In this document: one piece after another, positions 8,347 to 14,876 of the stretch | Position numbering within the stretch: position 1 is the first letter of the stretch | Layout: the number at the start of each line of letters is the position of its first letter | Origin: a virus | Taxonomy: Duplodnaviria > Caudoviricetes | Strand: one strand, 5' to 3' | Virus record (IMG/VR): IMGVR_UViG_3300032257_000088 | Span: 1 to 24,924 of that record | Length of the DNA: 24,924 nt | Program-made: the position numbers and the translations under genes | The notes under the pieces: generated by a model | What the model saw: the letters and a program-made list of their open reading frames with translations, nothing else | What the model was told of the DNA's origin: nothing | The model's database searches: none

Positions 8347-8365
8347 GATTCAGGCGTTTTTATTT
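8323..8365 (+). terminator. Terminator-like hairpin on the strand opposite to the early-left genes
   Basis: ACGCCTG...CAGGCGT followed by TTTTATTT. Confidence 0.4.
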
Positions 8366-8593
8366 ATAGATATGAAATGCCGGCATATCTTCACTACAAA
8401 CAACCCTTCTGCCTGTTGCTGTGATTGAAAACAATTCTCCATCCCATTGCCATTCCAAAATAGCTGAGCTGCTAATATGATCTGGATGTGATTGTTCGTG
8501 CGATGGAGAAGCGTAAATTTTACCGGCCTTCTTGACCATATATACAAACTTTTCTCTTGATGTTTCTTTATCTTCAATCATTAATTCGCTCAT
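8360..8593 (-). CDS. Hypothetical protein
   Basis: 77 aa, overlaps the end of the upstream ORF. Start 8593 or 8581. Confidence 0.6.
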   Translation of the reverse strand: MSELMIEDKETSREKFVYMVKKAGKIYASPSHEQSHPDHISSSAILEWQWDGELFSITATGRRVVCSEDMPAFHIYK

Positions 8594-8837
8594 AACTCAG
8601 GCCTCTCTTCTTCATTTGTGGTAAAATATACTTATCAAGGCGGCCATAGCAATCTTGAGCAATATCGTCGATTGTAGGTGATGCCATGATTCCCATGCTT
8701 AAATCTATCCAGCCGGTTGCGTCATCAAACGAATGTAGTATTTGCTGGTCTGATTTACGATCCCAGATGGCGTATATCTGTCTATTTGCCACTTTATCTG
8801 GCAAAAAAGGTAATATAAAAAACGGTAGTCTAATCAT
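8574..8837 (-). CDS. Hypothetical protein
   Basis: 87 aa, RBS AGGAG. Confidence 0.65.
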   Translation of the reverse strand: MIRLPFFILPFLPDKVANRQIYAIWDRKSDQQILHSFDDATGWIDLSMGIMASPTIDDIAQDCYGRLDKYILPQMKKRGLSYERIND

Positions 8838-8866
8838 CCTTCTATCTCCTATCTATAGGTTAGGGG

Positions 8867-9058
8867 TTAGTCTTCAAATACGAAGGCGTTATTCTGTTCA
8901 CATAGCCTGCCAACCACTTCAACCAGATGATTATGCTTTTCCATCAGTAAATCGAAATTACGTGGCGTTAGATCAATAACTGTTTTCATGTCGTAACCAT
9001 CAGGCTCCATGTGTGTATCAGGGAAATCCCATGCGGTTAATTCTTTTGGTCTCTTCAT
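8867..9058 (-). CDS. Hypothetical protein
   Basis: 63 aa, ATGA coupling. Confidence 0.65.
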   Translation of the reverse strand: MKRPKELTAWDFPDTHMEPDGYDMKTVIDLTPRNFDLLMEKHNHLVEVVGRLCEQNNAFVFED

Positions 9059-9345
9059 TTCAAATCATCCTTATAAACAACTTTAAACTTCTTAGCCTGA
9101 TCGCTATCAAGCCCCATAATCTCAGCTACTTGATAATGCTTCTTACCTGCTTTGATATTACAGGTATAAGCAAAGAATTCTGATGATCTGCGAAACTTAA
9201 CAAGGTCTGACTCGTATTGTTCAGCACACAGACCGGCCTTATCATCCGCAAAGCCTAGTATCTCGCATAAGTCCTGATGACCCATACCAAGGTTGCGGTT
9301 ATGCTCGTATGCCGTGTAGGTGAGGCTGTCTAGTATTTGATTCAT
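9055..9345 (-). CDS. Protein with two tandem HTH-like repeats
   Basis: Two ~37-aa units (AYEHNRNLGMGHQDLCEILGF.. / AYTCNIKAGKKHYQVAEIMGL..). RBS AAGGAG. Confidence 0.6.
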   Translation of the reverse strand: MNQILDSLTYTAYEHNRNLGMGHQDLCEILGFADDKAGLCAEQYESDLVKFRRSSEFFAYTCNIKAGKKHYQVAEIMGLDSDQAKKFKVVYKDDLK

Positions 9346-9357
9346 TCTCTTAACTCC

Positions 9358-9537
9358 TTAACTCGCCTGTACTTTCAATAGCGCACATTGCTCCATACGC
9401 TCTCTTAACCGCTTTGCTTCTGCTAGTGCATCAGCTGGGTTCATTACCTCACTATCTTCATCACCTGAACCTTCTGGCGGCTCTTTATCGATGTAGTAGC
9501 CTGAGTCGTAATCACTTTCTGCGTTGATTATGCTCAT
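9358..9537 (-). CDS. Acidic hypothetical protein, 59 aa (not in ORF track)
   Basis: MSIINAESDYDSGYYIDKEPPEGSGDEDSEVMNPADALAEAKRLRERMEQCALLKVQAS. TAATG coupling, GGAG upstream. Confidence 0.65.
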   Translation of the reverse strand: MSIINAESDYDSGYYIDKEPPEGSGDEDSEVMNPADALAEAKRLRERMEQCALLKVQAS

Positions 9538-9662
9538 TATTTACACTCCACTCGTTCATCTTGATACAGGTTGTAGCATATTTCCTGATTTGGCTCATAG
9601 TCATTTGAAAACTCTGCATAAGCCAGAATGATGATTATTAGTATTATTAGTCCTTTTCGCAT
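9537..9662 (-). CDS. Small membrane/exported protein, first gene of the leftward operon
   Basis: Start ATG 9662 after AGAGGAG. MRKGLIILIIIILAYAEF hydrophobic N-terminus, two Cys. Confidence 0.65.
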   Translation of the reverse strand: MRKGLIILIIIILAYAEFSNDYEPNQEICYNLYQDERVECK

Positions 9663-9690
9663 CTTCTTATCTCCTCTGTCTATGGCTATC

Positions 9691-9719
9691 AATATAGACC
9701 TATCCTTATGCCGTGTCAA
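9691..9719 (-). promoter_or_regulatory. Major leftward early promoter (PL-like)
   Basis: TTGACA-N17-TATATT on the minus strand with an AT-rich upstream tract (9720-9770). Confidence 0.75.
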
Positions 9720-9754
9720 CTATAATACACAAAATAAATTAATTAATTATTTTC

Positions 9755-9787
9755 TTTACTTTCTTATAAAAGTCATTACACTATAGT
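9755..9787 (+). promoter_or_regulatory. Probable rightward early promoter (PR-like)
   Basis: TTTACT-N16-TACACT, with an alternative -10 TATAGT at 9782-9787. Lies before the first rightward gene. Confidence 0.4.
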
Positions 9788-9815
9788 ACATAGTCAACGA
9801 AAAGGAAAAATAAAG

Positions 9816-10034
9816 ATGAGTAATGAAGTAGGTATTTTGTTTGATAAAGCGCAGCGTATGGCGCGAGGCACAGGATTAAAGGTAAACGATCTTGAGCGCA
9901 TAACCAGTGAGGACAGAGGCTGGATTCGCAAGTTCTTAAATAATGAGATTGCAGACCCCGGCTCTATTCGATTAGAGGGATTTATCAGGGATATAAAGAA
10001 ATACAATGTTGAGAAAAGGAAGGGTAAGAAATGA
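9816..10034 (+). CDS. Small Cro/XRE-like HTH regulator
   Basis: 72 aa, first rightward gene. 'LKVNDLERITSEDRGWIRKFLNNEIADPGSIRLE' fits the XRE/Cro HTH pattern. Confidence 0.6.
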   Translation: MSNEVGILFDKAQRMARGTGLKVNDLERITSEDRGWIRKFLNNEIADPGSIRLEGFIRDIKKYNVEKRKGKK

Positions 10035-10261
10035 TTAAATTACCAGAGGATAAAAACAAGATAAAATCCCAAGACCTGGTTGCTGGTGATATTGCTCTTA
10101 TTAGCAGCGACGGTGAAAGGCATATTGTTTACATGACGGATTTTTCAGAGGGTAGACGGTTGTTTTCTTTGACGGCTCAAAAAAAATGGCATCCAGCGGG
10201 TTTTATTGGCATGGATGTAATCAAGGTTTATAAATCTGGCGATAAATTGGAGATAGCATAG
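10031..10261 (+). CDS. Hypothetical protein
   Basis: 76 aa, ATGA coupling. Confidence 0.65.
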   Translation: MIKLPEDKNKIKSQDLVAGDIALISSDGERHIVYMTDFSEGRRLFSLTAQKKWHPAGFIGMDVIKVYKSGDKLEIA

Positions 10262-10452
10262 TGATCTGTTTGCAAACAACCGACAAAGTAGAGGCTAAGA
10301 CTTTCGAGCATTACAAAAGGATGCTTGAAGTAGGTCACATACCGCAATGGCTAGTTGATCACATGACGGCCTATGTAAGAGCCTATAAAATGAAGCATAA
10401 CGACGAGCTACCCTCTTTTATTGACGTTATACATGGTGATAGTGATGAGTGA
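10261..10452 (+). CDS. Hypothetical protein
   Basis: 63 aa, GTG start overlapping TAG, RBS GGAG. Confidence 0.6.
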   Translation: MICLQTTDKVEAKTFEHYKRMLEVGHIPQWLVDHMTAYVRAYKMKHNDELPSFIDVIHGDSDE

Positions 10453-10867
10453 GCAGGATATAACAGATGATGAGATTAAAGATTTATTTACCCGTATTCA
10501 GCATAATCTATCGCAGGTAGAAATTGATTACCGCCAGATAGGCAAGCCGTGTGACGCATGGCAATACGCATTCGGGGGCTCTGATCTAAGGTTGATAGCT
10601 AAACTAATCGCCCACTACAACCGCACCCGTGATATGCAGTGGGTGAGTGTAGAGGATCGATTGCCGGAAGATAGATCTTTTGTCGATGTTTGGTGTGGGG
10701 CGGAGCGATGGTCAGATATTGAGTTTGCAAATGGCGTTTTTAGCCATCTGGTGGTTGATGATGACGGGGATTATTCTTATTCTGTTGATATAAATCCTAC
10801 CCATTGGATGCCTCTACCAACCCGCCCTACTCAGGACGAAGGAGTGAGTGATGGAAGAGTTGATTAA
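10445..10867 (+). CDS. DUF551 (Eaa-like) domain protein
   Basis: C-terminal 'QWVSVEDRLPE...PTHWMPLP'. Likely start ATG 10445. Confidence 0.75.
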   Translation: MSEQDITDDEIKDLFTRIQHNLSQVEIDYRQIGKPCDAWQYAFGGSDLRLIAKLIAHYNRTRDMQWVSVEDRLPEDRSFVDVWCGAERWSDIEFANGVFSHLVVDDDGDYSYSVDINPTHWMPLPTRPTQDEGVSDGRVD

Positions 10868-10958
10868 TCATTTTATATTAGTAGTTCTACTGGTGATAAG
10901 TCACTTTATGATGTTTGCTGGCGGTTACTGGTTTCATAAACATGTTATTAAAGACTAA
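10851..10958 (+). CDS. 35-aa single-TM peptide (not in ORF track)
   Basis: MEELINHFILVVLLVISHFMMFAGGYWFHKHVIKD. RBS AAGGAG. Confidence 0.6.
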   Translation: MEELINHFILVVLLVISHFMMFAGGYWFHKHVIKD

Positions 10959-10981
10959 CCACCACACAGGAGAAGGGATAG

Positions 10982-11164
10982 ATGAGTGAAATTAAAAAAC
11001 TTACCAAACATGAGCATAACTGGGCAGTTTTTAAAGACGGTGTTCAAGTAGATGCTCTGGTAACAATCGATAAAGTATGGCGATTATGGAAAGACAATAT
11101 CAATTACGCGCCAGAAGAAAGAAAAGTAATTAACGATAAGCTGGAAGAGCTTAACGGGCTTTAA
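10982..11164 (+). CDS. Hypothetical protein
   Basis: 60 aa, RBS AGGAG. Confidence 0.65.
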   Translation: MSEIKKLTKHEHNWAVFKDGVQVDALVTIDKVWRLWKDNINYAPEERKVINDKLEELNGL

Positions 11165-11189
11165 CCCCAACCAACAGAGAGAAAGAGAG

Positions 11190-11393
11190 ATGAGTATTAA
11201 GACAGTTATAAATTGCGATGGAGCAGGATGTTATACAGAGTATGAGTATGACGGTAGTGATTATATTACCGATATTACACAAAAAGGTTGGATTCATATT
11301 CCAAGCGAAGAAACCGATTATTGCCCTAGGTGTAAACCTGTAGTTATTAAAGAGCTTAAAGAAGAAAACGAGGGTGTCGAGTACATCGACTAA
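11190..11393 (+). CDS. Small zinc-binding protein
   Basis: CDGAGC...GW......DYCPRC. Confidence 0.65.
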   Translation: MSIKTVINCDGAGCYTEYEYDGSDYITDITQKGWIHIPSEETDYCPRCKPVVIKELKEENEGVEYID

Positions 11394-11433
11394 CCCCTAC
11401 CCCTAACAAAGACTAGATAACGAGGTGAGAAAT

Positions 11434-11685
11434 ATGAGTGAATGGATATTAACAATCGAACAGCAGCCGCCATTTAATGAAAAATTATTATGCACTGTTA
11501 TAGGCGATAAGACACAAACACCGCCACCACGCAGGACAGCAATATGCTTTTTAAAGTCAATAAAAGCTGACGGCCTATATTTTGAAGAATGGGATGATTA
11601 CCATGAAAGCTATTTTGAAGTTGATGTTATTGCATGGCAATTATATCCAGAACCATACGATGGCGAAATAAAAACGCCAGCTTGA
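11434..11685 (+). CDS. DUF551-like protein
   Basis: 'MSEWI.....PP...VIAWQLYPEPY'. RBS GAGGTG favours ATG 11434. Confidence 0.65.
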   Translation: MSEWILTIEQQPPFNEKLLCTVIGDKTQTPPPRRTAICFLKSIKADGLYFEEWDDYHESYFEVDVIAWQLYPEPYDGEIKTPA

Positions 11686-11709
11686 AATTAATCAGAGCTG
11701 GCGTATAAT
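11682..11709 (+). promoter_or_regulatory. Sigma70-type promoter for the replication genes, within an inverted repeat
   Basis: TTGAAA-N16-TATAAT flanked by ACGCCAGCT/AGCTGGCGT. Confidence 0.65.
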
Positions 11710-11715
11710 ATTAGG

Positions 11716-11866
11716 CATCAGGTACGACTTGAAACCGGACTTGATATTTTGTTATTGGGATTAGACCACCATAGCAAACTGAACAACCGAGAATAGTAAG
11801 GGTTAATATGTGCTAGTTGGGGTTCTCGGCTCCGGTCTAAAGCTAGCAACATATTAACCCTTTTTT
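11716..11866 (+). ncRNA. Attenuator-like leader RNA of the replication initiator (c4/P4-CI-like layout)
   Basis: TTAGACC (11761-67) and CCGAGAA (11787-93) are complementary to GGTCTAA (11834-40) and TTCTCGG (11823-29) in the loop of a long hairpin. Confidence 0.6.
11798..11866 (+). terminator. Long large-loop terminator hairpin upstream of the initiator
   Basis: AAGGGTTAATATG-TGCTAG ... CTAGCA-A-CATATTAACCCTT followed by TTTT. Confidence 0.7.
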
Positions 11867-11880
11867 GTGGAGCAAATAAA

Positions 11881-12582
11881 GTGGATAACGGATGGGTGAA
11901 AGCCCATAGAAAACTAATAGAATGGGAATGGTACGATGATTCTAAAATGGTTCATCTGTATTTGCATTGCCTATTAAAAGCCAATCACAAGCCCAATAAG
12001 TGGCGCGGCATTGTTATCGAATCAGGCCAGTTTGTGACCTCGTATAACAAGCTATCTTGTGAATTACCTATGACGGTACAGCAAATTCGCACATCATTAA
12101 ACAAGCTAAAATCAACAAGCGAATTAACAATCAAATCAACAAGCAAATATTCAATAATATCAATAACTAACTGGGATTCGTACCAGCAAGATAACAAACA
12201 AACTAACAATCAAATAACAAACGATCAACAATCAAATAACAAACAAGTAACAACAAACAAGAATGAAAAGAACAAAGAAAAGAAGGGGGTAAAAAGATTT
12301 ACCCCGCCCTCTCTTGATGAGATCCAAGGTTATATCACAGAGAAAAACTATACTGTCATTGCAGAACGGTTTTTAAACCATTACGAGTCAAACGGCTGGA
12401 TGGTTGGTAAAACTAAGATGAAAGACTGGAAAGCAGCGGTAAGAAACTGGCATTCACGAAATAAGGATAAACAGCATGAAGAAAATCAGCGACCTAGCAC
12501 CACAAGATCAGCGCGAGTTATCAACAAACTCGACGAAATCACCAGACGCGACATTGAAGAAAACGGAATGCCAACCGATTAG
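11881..12582 (+). CDS. Phage replication initiator (O/DnaD-like organisation)
   Basis: N-terminal 'GWVKAHRKLIEWEWY.D...HL.LHCLLKANH...GQFVTS...LS......QQIRTSL.KL', an N/Q/K linker, and C-terminal 'FTPPSLDEI..Y....AERFLNHYESNGWMVGKTKMKDWKAAVRNW'. Confidence 0.85.
   Translation: MDNGWVKAHRKLIEWEWYDDSKMVHLYLHCLLKANHKPNKWRGIVIESGQFVTSYNKLSCELPMTVQQIRTSLNKLKSTSELTIKSTSKYSIISITNWDSYQQDNKQTNNQITNDQQSNNKQVTTNKNEKNKEKKGVKRFTPPSLDEIQGYITEKNYTVIAERFLNHYESNGWMVGKTKMKDWKAAVRNWHSRNKDKQHEENQRPSTTRSARVINKLDEITRRDIEENGMPTD
12192..12258 (+). repeat. Iteron-like 11-bp repeats (probable replication origin)
   Basis: Units TAACAAACAAA, TAACAATCAAA, TAACAAACGAT, CAACAATCAAA and TAACAAACAAG. The 18-mer AACAATCAAATAACAAAC occurs at 12205 and 12227. 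Confidence 0.7.
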
Positions 12583-12928
12583 ACACGCATGGATAGCTCA
12601 AATATTTAAAAAGTTTCAGGTTCGCTATGGTCACAAGTGGTCGAGCTTTATTGATGGGATCGAAGAACTAGCGGTTCAGGAATGGTCTGAGCAGCTCTCA
12701 GGGCTTACAGGTGACGAGATTAAGTACGGACTTGATACATGGAAAGAAGACTGGCCGCCTAGCTCTGTAGAGTTCGTTAAATGCTGCAAACAGCAATCAG
12801 GCGCATGGCAGCACAACACAGCGGCCTACAAAGAATACGTTCCAAGAGATCGCCAATTAACCCACAAATGCGACCCTGAGAAAGCAGAGAGTGCAATTAA
12901 ACATATGAGAAAGGAGATAGGATTGTGA
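12476..12928 (+). CDS. Lambda P-like helicase loader / replication protein
   Basis: Follows and overlaps the initiator. 'IFKKFQVRYGHKW.......W...L.GLT..EIKYGL......WPPS..EF...C'. Confidence 0.65.
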   Translation: MKKISDLAPQDQRELSTNSTKSPDATLKKTECQPIRHAWIAQIFKKFQVRYGHKWSSFIDGIEELAVQEWSEQLSGLTGDEIKYGLDTWKEDWPPSSVEFVKCCKQQSGAWQHNTAAYKEYVPRDRQLTHKCDPEKAESAIKHMRKEIGL

Positions 12929-13161
12929 ATAATAGCCAAATTTTTGAGATTGTTTTATCAGCAATACCATACGCGAACCAAATAAATGATATTGATTTCA
13001 CGCAAGAAGGTGTAATTAGATTTAGCTGGAGGAGCTCAAGATACAGGGTAGACGAGAATCTACATGTTGAAGAGATTGAAGGCTCATTTTTAACTGGAAC
13101 AGACAAGGCTATGTTGTTTAGAGAGCTATTAAAAAAGACAAAGCTTATTAAAGAATTTTAA
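12925..13161 (+). CDS. Hypothetical protein
   Basis: 78 aa, GTGA coupling, RBS AGGAG. Confidence 0.65.
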   Translation: MNNSQIFEIVLSAIPYANQINDIDFTQEGVIRFSWRSSRYRVDENLHVEEIEGSFLTGTDKAMLFRELLKKTKLIKEF

Positions 13162-13172
13162 CTAACGAGGCA

Positions 13173-13487
13173 ATGAGAATGGATATTGATGATGTAAGAC
13201 GGGCTTTATGGGCTGCGTATAAAAAAGAAGAAAAAAGCGAGTACGGCATAGAAGGGAAAAGCAATGAGGCGTTTTGTTCTGTTGAGTACCCTAATTATTG
13301 GGAATGTGAAACTGAAGAAGAGTTTTTAATGCCTGATGCTTTGATGGTATATAGCTATGCACTAGGGCCAAGCAGGACGCATTATTTTAAATACGGCAAG
13401 AAAGACAAAGAGATTAATTATTATACATGGGAGTCGCCAGATATTTACGCTAAGGCTGTAGAAGTAATTAATAGCTGGGTCGATTAA
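13173..13487 (+). CDS. Hypothetical protein
   Basis: 104 aa, RBS GAGG. Confidence 0.7.
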   Translation: MRMDIDDVRRALWAAYKKEEKSEYGIEGKSNEAFCSVEYPNYWECETEEEFLMPDALMVYSYALGPSRTHYFKYGKKDKEINYYTWESPDIYAKAVEVINSWVD

Positions 13488-13518
13488 CCACTAACCACCA
13501 TTAACAGAGGGTAGAGAG

Positions 13519-13722
13519 ATGTTTGTCGTAATGATAATGAAAACCAAGCAAAAAGTGAGCGTCAGGAATTGTGAGCCACCATTAGAACAAGATATTAATA
13601 TCTGCTGGGCTGATGGAATGTCAGGCGCTTTGCCGGTATTTGAAGATAGAGAAGATGCAGAAAAGTACGCAAATGGCGCGGAGGTCGTAGAGGTAGAAGA
13701 AAAGTTTAGTGATCCAGTATAG
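13519..13722 (+). CDS. Hypothetical protein
   Basis: 67 aa, RBS GAGGG. Confidence 0.65.
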   Translation: MFVVMIMKTKQKVSVRNCEPPLEQDINICWADGMSGALPVFEDREDAEKYANGAEVVEVEEKFSDPV

Positions 13723-13764
13723 ACAAAACCTATCAATAAGCTGGTAAGGATAGATATAAGTAAT

Positions 13765-13792
13765 TAGACTTGTTACCGGTAATCATTAAGAT
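13765..13792 (+). promoter_or_regulatory. Putative promoter with palindromic operator
   Basis: TAGACT-N16-TAAGAT with the perfect palindrome TTACCGGTAA (13773-13782) in the spacer. Confidence 0.45.
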
Positions 13793-13827
13793 AGTAAGCA
13801 TAGTTTAAATAAATCAGGAGAAAGGAA

Positions 13828-14058
13828 ATGTCAGACCATAATTGTGCATTTACTGGGAATTGCAAATATAAGTCAGCGTTTGGGCAGACATGCTTACGCC
13901 CTAATGGTGAGGTTTGCCAAAACCCCATGACAAGTGACGAGGTACGCGCTTATCTGAATGAGCAGGAAGAGTATCAAGAGCCTGTTCCTGTTTATGCGGA
14001 CGACCATGCAGAGCGTTTTGAGGCAGAAGGCGCTTTCTATTCAGCGGATTTAACTTAA
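13828..14058 (+). CDS. Cys-rich/acidic hypothetical protein
   Basis: 76 aa, four Cys in the N-terminal half, strong RBS AGGAG. Confidence 0.7.
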   Translation: MSDHNCAFTGNCKYKSAFGQTCLRPNGEVCQNPMTSDEVRAYLNEQEEYQEPVPVYADDHAERFEAEGAFYSADLT

Positions 14059-14255
14059 TGCCTAAATCAAACGCAGAGATACAGAGAGCCTTCAAGGCCC
14101 GCAGGGATGCAGAAGGGCTAAAGCGCCATGAGATACGCTGCCATGATCAAGACTGGCCGCATATCCAAGCCTATGTAGACTCTAAAGCAGAACGTAGAAA
14201 GCTAATAGACTCAGTAGATAAACTGGACAGCGTTAAACAGGAGGCGGAGAAATGA
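14058..14255 (+). CDS. Small basic putative DNA-binding (ribbon-helix-helix-like) protein
   Basis: 'MPKSNAEIQRAFKARRDAEGLKRHEI' pattern. TAATG coupling. Confidence 0.55.
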   Translation: MPKSNAEIQRAFKARRDAEGLKRHEIRCHDQDWPHIQAYVDSKAERRKLIDSVDKLDSVKQEAEK

Positions 14256-14533
14256 TTGATACACCATGCCATAGAGCAAGCGATCCAATCACATCAATGT
14301 TAGCTGATAAGCATATTACACAGTCAGGCATAAGACAAAGACAGGTAAGGCTGGCTGAGTATGCAGTAAAGCAGCACAGCGGATACACAGCAAGGGAACT
14401 AGCGGCTATTACAGACCTTGACCATGAGATGTTACACAAGCGTCTGCCTGAATCAAAAAAGCTGCGTAAGGGTGGCAAGGTGCGCTGTATGATTACGGGC
14501 TATGCGGCTTGTCAGTGGGTTGTCGATGCTTAG
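14252..14533 (+). CDS. Winged-helix DNA-binding phage protein
   Basis: 'RASDPITS..A', 'GYTARELA....LD..MLHKRLPE' and 'C.ITG.....W'. Confidence 0.7.
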   Translation: MIDTPCHRASDPITSMLADKHITQSGIRQRQVRLAEYAVKQHSGYTARELAAITDLDHEMLHKRLPESKKLRKGGKVRCMITGYAACQWVVDA

Positions 14534-14876
14534 TTACAAAGAGCGAGACGAGGCAAGGCGACTATATCAAAAAGAGGGTTGGAGCCTAAAAGAGCTTGAG
14601 GTTAAGTTCGGCCAGAAGATGACAGATTACGTCATACCCCAATATTTGCGCACAGCTCGTGAGGAGCGGATAAGAGCCAGAAAGCAGCGAGTTATCAACA
14701 ATCGCAGAATGATAGCAGCAGAAAAGAAGCGCAGAGAAAAGTATTTTAGATTAAACAAAGCTGATGCTGTTCAGATGAATAATATGTCAGAGCGAATCAG
14801 GCAGTTTGATCTTAAATCAGTAAAGATTAATATTAAACAATGTAATATAAATAAATTTCTAATGGGTAAATTATGA
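14526..14876 (+). CDS. Basic HTH-containing protein
   Basis: 'EARRLYQKEGWSLKELEVKFG'. Likely start ATG 14526. Confidence 0.55.
   Translation: MLSYKERDEARRLYQKEGWSLKELEVKFGQKMTDYVIPQYLRTAREERIRARKQRVINNRRMIAAEKKRREKYFRLNKADAVQMNNMSERIRQFDLKSVKINIKQCNINKFLMGKL

Noticed and set aside
9663-9719. TTG start at 9719 for the first leftward gene
   Set aside because: That TTG is the -35 box TTGACA. ATG 9662 has a strong RBS.
12192-12258. CRISPR array
   Set aside because: The repeats are 11-bp, contiguous and lack spacers. No cas genes are in the window.
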